NCBI GenBank assembly: GCA_039190745.1
Contig: JBCCXZ010000039.1
Coordinates: 1-35,511 of the forward strand
Source: Planctomycetota bacterium
GTDB taxonomy: Bacteria; Planctomycetota; Planctomycetia; Pirellulales; Lacipirellulaceae
Direction: 5' to 3'
DNA length: 35,511 nt
The position numbers and the translations under genes are program-made. Shown here in pieces: positions 6,694 through 16,512 of the stretch. Under the pieces are notes generated by a model. It was not told where the DNA came from. It did not search any database and saw nothing but the letters and a program-made list of their open reading frames with translations. Positions within the stretch are counted from its first letter, which is position 1; the number at the start of each line of letters is the position of its first letter.

Positions 6694-8930
6694 CCCCAAC
6701 CGCCGACGCCGAAGGCCGCCGCGAACGGTACTGCTCGCTCTGCGGGCTTCCGATCGCACGCACGTTCACGTTCACCGGCGACACCGGTCAGGATGCGTCC
6801 GACGAGGAAGCGGCCTACTGCTGCTCCGGCTGCCGCACCGTGGCCGACGTCGAGTCGGCCGGCGCAGAGACCGGCTCGTCCGCCCGCGGCATGATCCGCA
6901 TCGGCCTCGGCGTATTCTTCACCATGAATGTCATGGTCTTCTCGATGGCGCTCTGGAGCGAGAATCTTTACGCGGCGGGCGATTTCGAGACGCCGCTCGC
7001 TGAGACGCTCCGCGGGCTCTTCCGCTGGGGCAGCCTGCTGTTCGCGGCGCCGGTGCTGCTGCTGCTGGGCGGGCCCATCGCCGTCGGCGTCTGGCAGGCG
7101 CTCCGGCGGGGCGAGATCACCACCGACCTGCTCATCCTGTTTGGTGTGGCGGCCTCTTACGCCTACTCCGTGGCCTCGGTGCTCCGCGGGTCCGGCGACG
7201 TCTACTGCGAGGTCGGCTCGATGGTGCTGCTGTTCGTCTCCATCGGCCGGTGGATGGAGGCGAAGGGCAAAGTCCGGGCCAGCCAATCGCTCGACGCGCT
7301 GGCGTCGCTCTTGCCGGAGACCGTCCGCATCCGCAACACCCAAGGCAACTACGAAGAACGCCCCCGGGGCGAAGCGAAGGCCGGCGACGCGGTCCGTGTC
7401 CTCCCGGGCGAACGGCTGCCGGTCGACGGCACGGTGCTCTCGGGCGAGGCGCAGGTCGATCAGCAGGTCGTCACGGGCGAGTCACGCCTGGTCGAGAAGC
7501 AGCCGGGCGACGCCGTCTACAGCGGCACGCTCAACACTGACGGCGACCTTCGCGTGAGGGTGACCGCCGGCGACGGGCAGGAAACGGTGTCGCGGATGCT
7601 GGCGATGGTCTGCGAAGCGCGGCTCGCCAAAGGCCGCCACCAGCAGATCGCCGACCGCGTCGCGGCGTGGTTTGTCCCGGTGGTGTGCGTGGTCGCGCTG
7701 CTCGCCGGCTGGCGGCAATCGGCTGGCGGCGAGTGGCAGGACGGCATCCTCACGGCGCTTTCGGTCGTGGTGATCGCGTGCCCCTGTGCGTTGGGGCTCG
7801 CCACGCCTCTGACGATCTGGACCGCGCTCGGCCGCGCAGCCCCCGCCGGGGTGCTGTTCCGCAGCGGGGCCGTCATCGAGAAGCTGGCCGCAGTGCGGAC
7901 CGCGTGTTTCGACAAGACCGGCACGCTGACGACCGGCCTGCCGACCGTGAGCCGCGTGCATGTTTTTGGTGAAGATCGCTCCGAGGAAGTGTTTGCAGCG
8001 GCCGCGGTTCTGTCCGCAGGTTCCACGCACCCGGTGTCGCGCGCAGTGGCTGAGTTGGTCGGAGCGACCGGTTCCGCAGCCGCCTCTGAGTTTGGGGAAT
8101 CGCCGGTGAAGACGATCGCCGGGCGGGGGCTGGAAGCGGACATCGAGGGCCTCGGCCGCGCACTTCTGGGCAGCCGCAAGCTCATCGAGGAGCGGGGGCT
8201 CGAACCGCCGGCAATCGCCGCAGCGCACGAGGACTCTGCCAACCGATTGCATTGGCTCGCCCTCGACGGACAAGTCCTCGCCGCGTTCGAGACCAGCGAA
8301 TCGCTGCGTCCCGAGGCGGCCGCCGCGCTCGACCGGTGCCGAGAACTGGGGCTCCAACTCCAGATGCTTAGCGGCGACGAGTCGGCCAGCGTACAAGCGG
8401 TGGCGGAGCAGGTCGACCTGCGGTCGGCCGGAGACCAACTGCCCGAAGACAAACTCGAGGCCGTCCGCCGGCTCGCCGGCAGCGGAGCCGTAGCGATGGT
8501 CGGCGACGGCCTGAACGACGCCCCGGCATTGGCCGCAGCAGACGTCGGCGTGGCGCTGGGCTGTGGGGCCGACCTTTCCCGCGACGCGGCGGGCGTGTGC
8601 CTGCTCTCGGATGACCTGGCCCGCTTCCCTTGGGCCGTGGAGCTCGCCCGCCGCACGGTGCGCACGGTCAAACAGAACCTGTTCTGGGCGTTCGCTTACA
8701 ACTGCATCGGAGTCGGGCTCGCGGCCAGCGGCCGGCTCAATCCCGTTTGGGCCGCGGCGGCAATGGTTGTGAGCAGCCTGCTGGTGGTCGGCAACTCGTT
8801 GCGGCTGTCGACTTTCCCCGATTGCCATTCGTCAGCAGACCAGGCGGATGGGAAGGCTGTGCCCGGGATGGAATGGAACAGCGACAAACCGAGCCCGTCG
8901 GCCGCCCCGCTCGCGGAGGCCACGGCGTGA
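6690..8930 (+). CDS. ccoI: Heavy-metal (Cu) P1B-type ATPase, CcoI/FixI-like
   Basis: TGES, CPC, DKTGT, HP, GDGLNDAP, YN and MxxSS motifs. N-terminal CSLC...CCSGC. GTG 6690 is coupled to the upstream stop. Confidence 0.88.
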   Translation: MTPTADAEGRRERYCSLCGLPIARTFTFTGDTGQDASDEEAAYCCSGCRTVADVESAGAETGSSARGMIRIGLGVFFTMNVMVFSMALWSENLYAAGDFETPLAETLRGLFRWGSLLFAAPVLLLLGGPIAVGVWQALRRGEITTDLLILFGVAASYAYSVASVLRGSGDVYCEVGSMVLLFVSIGRWMEAKGKVRASQSLDALASLLPETVRIRNTQGNYEERPRGEAKAGDAVRVLPGERLPVDGTVLSGEAQVDQQVVTGESRLVEKQPGDAVYSGTLNTDGDLRVRVTAGDGQETVSRMLAMVCEARLAKGRHQQIADRVAAWFVPVVCVVALLAGWRQSAGGEWQDGILTALSVVVIACPCALGLATPLTIWTALGRAAPAGVLFRSGAVIEKLAAVRTACFDKTGTLTTGLPTVSRVHVFGEDRSEEVFAAAAVLSAGSTHPVSRAVAELVGATGSAAASEFGESPVKTIAGRGLEADIEGLGRALLGSRKLIEERGLEPPAIAAAHEDSANRLHWLALDGQVLAAFETSESLRPEAAAALDRCRELGLQLQMLSGDESASVQAVAEQVDLRSAGDQLPEDKLEAVRRLAGSGAVAMVGDGLNDAPALAAADVGVALGCGADLSRDAAGVCLLSDDLARFPWAVELARRTVRTVKQNLFWAFAYNCIGVGLAASGRLNPVWAAAAMVVSSLLVVGNSLRLSTFPDCHSSADQADGKAVPGMEWNSDKPSPSAAPLAEATA

Positions 8931-9652
8931 TCGAGATCCCGCTGATCTTCGTCGGAGGGCTCCTCGGCTCGGCGCACTGCATCGGCATGTGCGGCCCGCT
9001 GGCGGTGGCGCTGAGCGCCTCGGCCCCGTCCGGCGCCGGGCTGTTTGGTCGTCAGCTCTTCTTCAGTTTCGGCCGTGTGTTTACGTACGCTTGCTGCGGC
9101 GCGGCCGCGGGGTTCGGCGGAGCCTGGGCCGCTTCGCCGACGCAGGCTTACGCGGTGCCGCAGGCGTGGCTGGCGATCGCCGCCGGCACGGCGCTGATCC
9201 TGATGGGCCTGGTCACCGCGGGCGTCTTGCCGAAGCCGGCCCTCCGCGCGCTCGGCGAATCGCCCTGCACCGCCGCCGCGTGGCTGAAGACCTTCCTCGC
9301 CGCTCCCGGCTGGTTCGGGCCGTTTCTGGCCGGCATCTTCACCGGCTTCATCCCCTGCGGGCTGGTCTACGCGTTCCTGCTCAAGGCCGGCAGTTCAGGC
9401 GGGGTGTGGCAGGGTTGGCTGACGATGGTCGCCTTCGGGCTCGGCACGCTGCCGGTGATGCTGCTGGTCGGCTACGGCGGCTCGTTCCTGTCGGCGGGCC
9501 GACGGGCCCGCATCTTCCGGGTCGCCGCTTGGTGCATCGTCGCCACCGGCCTGATCTCCGTCGCCCGCGGCGCCTATCAGCTGGAACCGATCGCTGCGGG
9601 TTCGCAGCCGGCCTGCCCGCTCTGCGAAGAGGCGGAAGACTCCGGCAAGTAA
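8927..9652 (+). CDS. DsbD_2 / TauE-SafE family membrane protein (cbb3 assembly associated)
   Basis: HCIGMCGP, GRVFTY, GFIPCGLVY, MVAFGLGTLP. GTGA overlap with the ATPase. Confidence 0.88.
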   Translation: MIEIPLIFVGGLLGSAHCIGMCGPLAVALSASAPSGAGLFGRQLFFSFGRVFTYACCGAAAGFGGAWAASPTQAYAVPQAWLAIAAGTALILMGLVTAGVLPKPALRALGESPCTAAAWLKTFLAAPGWFGPFLAGIFTGFIPCGLVYAFLLKAGSSGGVWQGWLTMVAFGLGTLPVMLLVGYGGSFLSAGRRARIFRVAAWCIVATGLISVARGAYQLEPIAAGSQPACPLCEEAEDSGK

Positions 9653-9668
9653 CTTGCCCGACAGAGAG

Positions 9669-10073
9669 TCAAAGCGGAGGCTCTTGCACCGTGAGCACCG
9701 CGGCCGCGATCCCGACGCCCAGCACGTTGAGGATCGCGATCAGCAGGCCGACGCCGTAGAGGGTTTGCACGCCGGTATCCGGCTTGGCTTTGGCCGCTGC
9801 GCCGGAACGCTTCCGTCGCCAACTCGCGATCACGCCGCACACCCAACTCCAGTGGAGCATCACGTGCAGCAGGATCCCGGCCGCAAACAAGCAAAGCGTT
9901 GCGAACTGCAAGCTGCTCCACCACTCCAGGTCGCGGCCCCAGAGGGTCCAGCCGAGCGACTGCGACGCGGGAGGGAACACGAAGCGGATAATAAGCGACA
10001 CCCAACTCATACCAAGAAACACGACTAACAGCAGCGTGTCGAGCCAGAAGTTGATGGTCGTGCGAGAGGGCAT
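9669..10073 (-). CDS. DUF4405-like small membrane protein
   Basis: INFWLD...W...LLHVMLHWSW with 3 TM segments. Start taken at ATG 10073. Confidence 0.7.
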   Translation of the reverse strand: MPSRTTINFWLDTLLLVVFLGMSWVSLIIRFVFPPASQSLGWTLWGRDLEWWSSLQFATLCLFAAGILLHVMLHWSWVCGVIASWRRKRSGAAAKAKPDTGVQTLYGVGLLIAILNVLGVGIAAAVLTVQEPPL

Positions 10074-10219
10074 GTTCGTTAGGGAGTCAACGGCCGGAGG
10101 AGAAATCGGGGATGTCAGCTGGGCTTTTTGCACTGCAGTGGCAGGAAAGGAAAGCCAACTTGCAACTGCCCGGGGCTCACCCGCTTACCGCACCCGTTGG
10201 GCCAGTTAAAAGTTCCATT

Positions 10220-12007
10220 CTACACATCCGGCCCACGATTTCTGCGGCCTACGACGATCGCGGCGACGGCCACGCAAACAATCCCGATCGCAATCAGGCT
10301 TCCCGCATTGAAGGGTCCGCGTGCGTCTCCCCAAACGATCGCGTAGCCAAGTGCCCCGGCAAACACAGCGTAGTACAGGAAAACAAGCATCGTCTTGCGG
10401 ATGACCAGGCCCTCGCGACCGACGAGGCCGACGACCGCCGATGCGGCTACAACGTTGTGGACGCAGATCGTGTTACCGGCGGCCCCGCCCACCGCCTGCA
10501 GGGCGACGATCCAAGTCGGGTCGGCCCCGATCTCTTCCCCTACGCCGTACTGGAATAGTGAGAACATCATGTTGCTTACCGTGTTGCTTCCCGCGACCGC
10601 GGCGCCGACCCCGCCGATGAGCGGCGACACCAGCGGCCAGGCGTCGCCCACGAGTTTGGAGACGCCCTTGGCCAGCGCGATCGGCATCTCTGGGTAGCCC
10701 TCCCCGCCGTCGCCGCTGTTCAGGAACACCTGCACCATCGGCACGGTAAACACCAACGCTACCGACGCCGCAGCCACGGTTCGGATCGAGCGGCTCACCG
10801 CCCGAGCCGCACGGGCCGTTGGAACGCGGTGCATGGCTACGACGATCAACGAGACGAGCACAAAAACGGAGCCGGGCAAATACAGCGGTTGGATCGAATC
10901 ACCGATGTTCGTCCCCAAGATGTCGCGGACAGGGACCTGAATCCCGAGCAACCATCCCTTGAGCGGAAGGTCGGGCAGCCGGGTGAGCACCAGCAGGGCG
11001 GCGACTAGCAGGTAAGGAGACCAAGCCAACCAGAGCGACATCTCGTCACCCTGCTCCGCGGCGGGTTCTTCGCCGACCGAACCGCCCGCGTTCCAGTCGT
11101 CTTGCCAGCCTTCTCTCGGGCCGAAATCCCAGGGCGCCCGCTCTTCCGGCAAGAACCAGCCTTTCTTCGCGGCGGGAGCAACAAGGGCGAGCCCGATGAG
11201 TGCGCCCAAGATCGACGGGAACTCGGGCCCCAGGAACACAGCGACCAACAGGTAGGGAGCGGTCATTGCCACAGCGGCGAACAGTGCAAACCTCCAAATG
11301 GCCAACCCATCCCGGAAGCTGCGGCTCGGCCCGTAGAACTTGGTCAGTAATGAGACCAGCGCTAACGGCACGAGCGTGCCGACGACCGCGTGCAGCAATG
11401 CGACCTTGACTCCGATTGTGTGTTGGAGCGCCGTCGCGCTGGAGAACCCTTCCGCTGCGGCGAAGTCTGCCAGCGTGCCCGCCCCTTTGAGGCCGTCGGT
11501 GACCCCGACCAGGATCGGCGTGCCGCAGGCCCCGAACGAGACCGGGGTGCATTGGATGATCATGCCCGCCGTGACAGCGGCCATAGCGGGGAACCCTAGG
11601 CCGACCATCAAAGGGACCGCGATCGCCGCCGGCGTGCCGAACCCCGCGGAGCCTTCGATGAACGCTCCGAACAGCCACGCGATGATGATTGCCTGCACCC
11701 TCCTGTCGGGCGTGATGTCCCGGAAGCTGCGTTTGATTCTCCTCAGGGCGCCGGACTCGTCGAGCGTGTTCAGCAGCAGGACCGCGCCCAGGATGATGAA
11801 CAGTAACTTGCCCGTGATGATCAGGCCTTTGATGCTCGCTGCAGCTACCCGTACCGCTGGTACGTCCCAAACGAACAAAGCTAACGCCGCAACCACGAGG
11901 TAACAGACGGGCATCGCCCGGCTGGCGGGCCACTTCAGCAGCACTAGCAGCACCCCGACTGAAGCGATTGGGAGTAGCGACAACAGTGCGAGCACTTCGA
12001 CACTCAT
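10220..12007 (-). CDS. lctP: L-lactate permease (LctP family)
   Basis: [58 protein letters not shown]. Polytopic membrane protein. Confidence 0.9.
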   Translation of the reverse strand: MSVEVLALLSLLPIASVGVLLVLLKWPASRAMPVCYLVVAALALFVWDVPAVRVAAASIKGLIITGKLLFIILGAVLLLNTLDESGALRRIKRSFRDITPDRRVQAIIIAWLFGAFIEGSAGFGTPAAIAVPLMVGLGFPAMAAVTAGMIIQCTPVSFGACGTPILVGVTDGLKGAGTLADFAAAEGFSSATALQHTIGVKVALLHAVVGTLVPLALVSLLTKFYGPSRSFRDGLAIWRFALFAAVAMTAPYLLVAVFLGPEFPSILGALIGLALVAPAAKKGWFLPEERAPWDFGPREGWQDDWNAGGSVGEEPAAEQGDEMSLWLAWSPYLLVAALLVLTRLPDLPLKGWLLGIQVPVRDILGTNIGDSIQPLYLPGSVFVLVSLIVVAMHRVPTARAARAVSRSIRTVAAASVALVFTVPMVQVFLNSGDGGEGYPEMPIALAKGVSKLVGDAWPLVSPLIGGVGAAVAGSNTVSNMMFSLFQYGVGEEIGADPTWIVALQAVGGAAGNTICVHNVVAASAVVGLVGREGLVIRKTMLVFLYYAVFAGALGYAIVWGDARGPFNAGSLIAIGIVCVAVAAIVVGRRNRGPDV

Positions 12008-12201
12008 CAACGCGGTCCTCGATGATTACGACCAGATCACTGGAAGGACGAGGCAGTTGGAAAACTAGCGGTGCGGCTAGCCGTTCCTGGGGTCGTCCGC
12101 TCTGAGGCGATCTATGAGACAAATTAACAGCAAAGTCTGACGCCCGCCGTGGTCGACCGCAACACGTGGCGGCGTTTCCCGTTGGCAGCCTAGCGAGGGC
12201 C

Positions 12202-12230
12202 TTGACACCAATAAGGTTTATATATAAATT
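12202..12230 (+). promoter_or_regulatory. Sigma70 promoter of marR with overlapping operator
   Basis: TTGACA-N17-TAAATT. The palindrome TTTATATATAAA (12217-12228) overlaps the -10. Confidence 0.7.
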
Positions 12231-12272
12231 ATATGCATAGCGTGTAAATGCCCAGCCGAAGAACTATTTGCC

Positions 12273-12743
12273 ATGCCTCTGCAAGCCGAGCTGAAAAAAC
12301 AAAGGCCGTTCGAGAGCCCCGAGCAGGAAGCGGCGCTGAACGTGCTCCGCACCAGCGATTGGATCGAGAACCGCATCGGCAGGCTGCTCCGTGATTTCGG
12401 CCTGACCAATTCGCAGTACAACGTTCTGCGGATCCTCCGGGGAGCTGGCGGGCCGTTGCCGTCCCTGGAAGTGGCGGACCGGATGATTCGGGTAGTCCCT
12501 GCAATTACAGGATTGATTGACCGACTTGAAAAGCAGGGCCTGGTTTCGAGGCGGCGTTGTTCCGAGGACAGACGCGTTGTCTACATCGAGATCGCCCGCG
12601 AGGGGAAGAAACTCCTGGCGAAGATCGACAAGCCGCTCGCGGAGCTCCACATTGGGCTGTTGGGCCACCTCTCGAAGTCCGACCAGAGGCAACTGAGCAA
12701 CCTGCTGGAGAGGGCGCGGCAATCGAAGCTCTACTCCGAGTGA
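12273..12743 (+). CDS. MarR family transcriptional regulator
   Basis: LTNSQYNVLRIL...ITGLIDRLEKQGLVSRRRCSEDRRVVYIEI. Confidence 0.92.
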   Translation: MPLQAELKKQRPFESPEQEAALNVLRTSDWIENRIGRLLRDFGLTNSQYNVLRILRGAGGPLPSLEVADRMIRVVPAITGLIDRLEKQGLVSRRRCSEDRRVVYIEIAREGKKLLAKIDKPLAELHIGLLGHLSKSDQRQLSNLLERARQSKLYSE

Positions 12744-12778
12744 ACCGGATGCCGTAGCCGAGCGTACACCTAAAATAG

Positions 12779-12790
12779 TTGACATGTAAA
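12779..12790. promoter_or_regulatory. Second MarR operator candidate upstream of pirin
   Basis: TTGACATGTAAA, matching the site at 12217-12228 (shared TTkAyATrTAAA). Confidence 0.6.
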
Positions 12791-12818
12791 TAAAAAGCTG
12801 CCCCAAGGAACCACTCGC

Positions 12819-13517
12819 ATGATCACCACACGGAAAGCTGCAGACCGCGGCCACGCCGACCACGGCTGGCTCAACACCTACCACACCTTCTCGTTCGGCG
12901 GCTACCGCGACCCGGCGCACCAGCAGTTCCGGGCCCTGCGGGTGATGAACGAAGACCGTGTCCAGCCGGGGCAAGGCTTCGGCGAGCACCCGCACAACGA
13001 TATGGAAATCATTACGTACGTCCTCGAAGGCCAACTCGAGCACCGAGACTCGATGGGTAACGGCGAGGTGCTCCACGCCGGCGAACTGCAGCGGATGACC
13101 GCCGGCACGGGCATAACGCACAGCGAGTTCAACCCTTCGGGCGAAGAACCGGTCCACTTCTACCAAATCTGGCTTTTCCCCGAGCGTAGGGGTTTGGAGC
13201 CCAGCTACGAGCAGAAGCGGTTCGCCGCCGACGGGCGGGAGAATCAGTTCCGGCTGGTCGCGTCGCCGGTAGGGGAAGACGGCTCTCTGCGGATCCGCCA
13301 GGATGCGAAGATCTCTCTTGCTACACTCGACGCGGGCACTGAGGTGCGTTACCCGATCCCGGAGGGCCGCCACGCTTGGCTGCAAGTGATTCGGGGAGAA
13401 GTGGACTTGAACGGCGTCGCTCTGCAAACCAGCGACGGTGCGGCGGTCAGCGACGAGTCGCTCCTTAGTGTTGCCGCCCGTGGAGACGCAGAGGTGATGC
13501 TGTTTGACTTGGAATGA
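12819..13517 (+). CDS. Pirin family protein (YhhW-like bicupin)
   Basis: RGHADHGWLNTYHTFSF, GFGEHPHNDMEIITYV, HRDSMGN, MTAGTGITHSE, QIW. Confidence 0.93.
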   Translation: MITTRKAADRGHADHGWLNTYHTFSFGGYRDPAHQQFRALRVMNEDRVQPGQGFGEHPHNDMEIITYVLEGQLEHRDSMGNGEVLHAGELQRMTAGTGITHSEFNPSGEEPVHFYQIWLFPERRGLEPSYEQKRFAADGRENQFRLVASPVGEDGSLRIRQDAKISLATLDAGTEVRYPIPEGRHAWLQVIRGEVDLNGVALQTSDGAAVSDESLLSVAARGDAEVMLFDLE

Positions 13518-13568
13518 TCTTGGGAACTTACGAACCCAGTAGCTATCAAATCCTATAAGGAAATTGGA

Positions 13569-13997
13569 ATGAACGTTTCTTGGCAAGGCGCGGCGAGTCT
13601 CGCGGCTCGGTTGATGATCGCCGGGATCTTCGTGATGAGCGCCGTGGGGAACAAGATCCCCAATTTCAGCGGGGTTGCGGAGGTGATGGCCGGTGAGGGC
13701 GTGCCGGCGCCGAAGGTCGCGCTCGCAGGTGCGATCGCTTTTTTGGTGGTCGGCGGGCTGTCGCTCGCGGCCGGCTATCGGGCCCGTATCGGGGCGGGCC
13801 TCTTGCTGGTCTTCCTCGCGTTGGCGACTTACTACTTTCATGATTTCTGGAACTTCGACGGCCCCGAGAAGCAGGGGGAGATGATCCAGTTCCTGAAGAA
13901 CGTTTCGCTGATGGGCGGCCTGTTGTTCATCGTCGCGAACGGGGCGGGCGGGATGAGCCTCGACGCCCGCAGCGCGGCGGTCGACACGGACGGCTGA
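13569..13997 (+). CDS. DoxX family membrane protein
   Basis: ARLMIAGIF...FHDFW...FLKNVSLMGGLL...GAGGMSLD. Confidence 0.9.
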   Translation: MNVSWQGAASLAARLMIAGIFVMSAVGNKIPNFSGVAEVMAGEGVPAPKVALAGAIAFLVVGGLSLAAGYRARIGAGLLLVFLALATYYFHDFWNFDGPEKQGEMIQFLKNVSLMGGLLFIVANGAGGMSLDARSAAVDTDG

Positions 13998-14075
13998 TGT
14001 GCTCCACTGTTGGCTCTTACGCATTAGTTGCTTGACTGGAATCAACGGAATCCAACCGAACACGGGAGAGATACG

Positions 14076-14819
14076 ATGGCTCTGAAGATCGACGGCGTGG
14101 TCGCCCTGGTGACCGGCGCGAATCGCGGGATCGGCAAAGCGATTACCGACACGCTGCTGAAGCACGGGGCTTCGAAGGTGTACGCGGCGGTGCGCGACCC
14201 AGCCTCGGCGCAGCCGCTGGTCGATGCGCACGGGGAGAAGGTCGTGCCGATCGAGTTCGACCTGAGCAAGCCGGAGCAGATCGCGGCTGCGGCCGGGGCG
14301 GCGCCGGACGCCCAGCTGGTGGTGAACAACGGCGGGGTGCTGAAGAACGAGACGCCGCTGTCGCCGACGGCGTTCGATGCTCTGGATTTCGAGCTTGGCG
14401 TCAATGTGTACGGTTTTTTGCGGACGGCCCAGGCGTTTGCTCCGGTGCTGAAGGCCAACGGGGGCGGGGCGTTGGTGCAGCTCAACTCGGTGGTGTCCCT
14501 GAAGAGCTTCCCGCAGTTCTCGACGTACTCGGCTTCGAAGGCGGCGTCTTATTCGCTGACGCAGTCGCTGCGTGAGTCGCTGGCCGAGCAGGGCACGCAG
14601 GTGGTGAGCGTGCACCCGGGGCCGATCGCGACCGACATGGGCCACGAAGCGGGCTTGGACGAGGTTGCGGAGCCGCCGGAGCTGGTGGGCGAGGCGATCG
14701 TCGAGGCGCTTGAGAGCGGCGCCTTCCACGCTTACCCCGACACGATGGCGAAGCAGATCGGCGGCGCCTACGCGGGGTTTGCGGAGGCGGTGGTGCTGGC
14801 GGAGATGAGCGAGGGCTGA
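14076..14819 (+). CDS. SDR family NAD(P)-dependent oxidoreductase
   Basis: [32 protein letters not shown] before ATG 14076. Confidence 0.92.
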   Translation: MALKIDGVVALVTGANRGIGKAITDTLLKHGASKVYAAVRDPASAQPLVDAHGEKVVPIEFDLSKPEQIAAAAGAAPDAQLVVNNGGVLKNETPLSPTAFDALDFELGVNVYGFLRTAQAFAPVLKANGGGALVQLNSVVSLKSFPQFSTYSASKAASYSLTQSLRESLAEQGTQVVSVHPGPIATDMGHEAGLDEVAEPPELVGEAIVEALESGAFHAYPDTMAKQIGGAYAGFAEAVVLAEMSEG

Positions 14820-14859
14820 GGGTTTTGTCCGTCAACTAGGTTTTGGCTCGGATTCGGGT

Positions 14860-14907
14860 ACACGCGGCGATACGCCAAAAGTCGGGCGTATTGTCGCGTG
14901 TTCTTTT
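14860..14907 (+). terminator. Intrinsic terminator candidate after the marR operon
   Basis: 17-bp stem ACACGCGGCGATACGCC / GGCGTATTGTCGCGTGT (two G-U pairs), 8-nt loop, followed by TCTTTT. Confidence 0.6.
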
Positions 14908-15033
14908 GGGTTGGGCCTCCGTTGACGGGGGTTGGCTGAGATGGCGGGGGACTAAAGGGTTGGGGGTTTGCGTTCGGGGGTGCAGAGTTTTTTCGGATGA
15001 AACTACTTCACGGAGCGGGGGTGCGGGGCCCTA

Positions 15034-15050
15034 GCCGAGCGTAGCTCGGC
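15034..15050. repeat. Short REP-like hairpin GCCGAGC-GTA-GCTCGGC
   Basis: Perfect 7-bp stem just after the protease stop. TAGCCGAGCGTA also occurs at 12755-12766. Confidence 0.4.
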
Positions 15051-15052
15051 GG

Positions 15053-16276
15053 CTATTTTTGGATTGTAAGGTCGCGGTTACGACGGGTTCCTCGCAGGAA
15101 CGCTGCTACGACAATCAGCGTCGCGGCGGCGGGTTCGGGGACGGGGGTGATGGGGGTGATCGTGCCGGTGTACTGCTTCTGCCAGACGAGGACGTCGGCC
15201 AGGTCGGTGTCTCCGTCGCCGTCAGCGTCGCCGTTGCCGTTGATAGTGAACCAGTTGCCCCAGCGGGTGAGGTCGTCGGCGTCGACGTCGCCGTCCTGGT
15301 CGTAGTCTGCCTCGGCAAAGGTGGGGGGCGGAGCGACGGTCCAGCCGATGTCGGTCAGTGAGGCGGCGTCGAGCGTGGTAAGCAGCTTTCGCGTGCCCTG
15401 GGTGACGGTGGGGTCCATCAGCGTTTCTTGGGTGATGCTTGTGCCGTAGACGGTGCTGCTCACGCCTTCGGCCCAGTGCGCGCAGCCGTCGTCGAAGGGG
15501 TCGCAATCGAGGGGGACATTGCCGCCGAACTCGGCGACGGAGGCTGGGCCGGAGTACTCTTCGGTGACGGTGTTCACCCAGGTGTCCCACTGGTCAGCGA
15601 GGCCGATGCCCACGACGTGGCCGAGTTCGTGGAGTGCAACGGAGAAGAGGTCGCTCTCGCCGGAGCTGGGCTGGGTTGTGTGGTCGTAGTGCCAGTTGGT
15701 GCTGCTGTCACTGTCGAAGGTCATGGCCCCGCCCCAGCGGGCGAAGCCGGAGGTCTCGCCGCGTGTGGTAACGGCATTGGAAAAGTCGTCGGTGATCTGG
15801 TTCAGTTGATCAATTTCTTCGGAGGTGAATCCGCCGCTCGGCGTGCTGCTCCAGCCGAATCCGCCGGGGCCGCCGCGGCCCAATGTGCTGCCGCCGAGCG
15901 ATCGTGCGCCGACGTACACGCGGTACTCGTCTGCTGCGAATGTGTCGTCGTTGATGAAGGCAGTGGAGCCCGTGCTCGGGTTGGAGAAACTGTGCGTCCA
16001 CTGCCAAGTCACGGAGCCGTTGAACTGCTGGCTGAAAAACGGGGCCGGCGTGCTGATCCCGGTAAAGCTGTCTTCGAGCAAGTCGGTGTAGAAAGCGGCG
16101 GCGGCTTCAACGGCTGCTGCGGCCTGGGCTCCGGCGGCGGCGCCGTCGGGGTTGTTGGCTCCGAAAAAGTTGCTGGTGTCGTACGTGTAGTCGATGACGA
16201 GGTTGACGGCGCTTGCGGGTGCGGCGGCGAGGAGCGCGCAGCAGCAAACAACGAGGCGGGCGGCGTGCCTAGGCAT
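15053..16276 (-). CDS. Secreted zinc metallopeptidase with dockerin-like repeats and PEP-CTERM
   Basis: Signal peptide ending ASA. HELGHVVG, AHW and ETLMDP. ADYDQDGDVDADD and GDADGDGDTDLAD repeats. VPEP, hydrophobic stretch, then RR tail. Confidence 0.85.
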   Translation of the reverse strand: MPRHAARLVVCCCALLAAAPASAVNLVIDYTYDTSNFFGANNPDGAAAGAQAAAAVEAAAAFYTDLLEDSFTGISTPAPFFSQQFNGSVTWQWTHSFSNPSTGSTAFINDDTFAADEYRVYVGARSLGGSTLGRGGPGGFGWSSTPSGGFTSEEIDQLNQITDDFSNAVTTRGETSGFARWGGAMTFDSDSSTNWHYDHTTQPSSGESDLFSVALHELGHVVGIGLADQWDTWVNTVTEEYSGPASVAEFGGNVPLDCDPFDDGCAHWAEGVSSTVYGTSITQETLMDPTVTQGTRKLLTTLDAASLTDIGWTVAPPPTFAEADYDQDGDVDADDLTRWGNWFTINGNGDADGDGDTDLADVLVWQKQYTGTITPITPVPEPAAATLIVVAAFLRGTRRNRDLTIQK

Positions 16277-16512
16277 GTTGTTTCTCCGTGTTCCGTGGGG
16301 AGCGGAGCGGGCGGGGTGGAGAGTGTCCTGAAGAGTGCTCCGCGTAGGAGGGCAGCCTACCCGAGGCGGTGGCCACTGGCCAGAGTTTTTGTGCGGAGGC
16401 GGCAGAGGCGTGATTTGGGCGTGCATGCACTGGGTTCGAGTGGAACCGGCGCAGACCGCCTGGTAGGTATCAAATAGGCTCCCCCCGCTGCACCGCATCA
16501 CCGGGGAGAATC

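Noticed and set aside
12264..14729. 821-aa antisense ORF spanning marR, pirin, doxX and SDR
   Set aside because: All four real genes share one reading frame, so the stop-poor antisense frame stays open. The translation has no motifs. Treated as a shadow ORF.
16277..16512. Possible riboswitch between the divergent PEP-CTERM genes
   Set aside because: No c-di-GMP, cobalamin, TPP or SAM consensus recognised.
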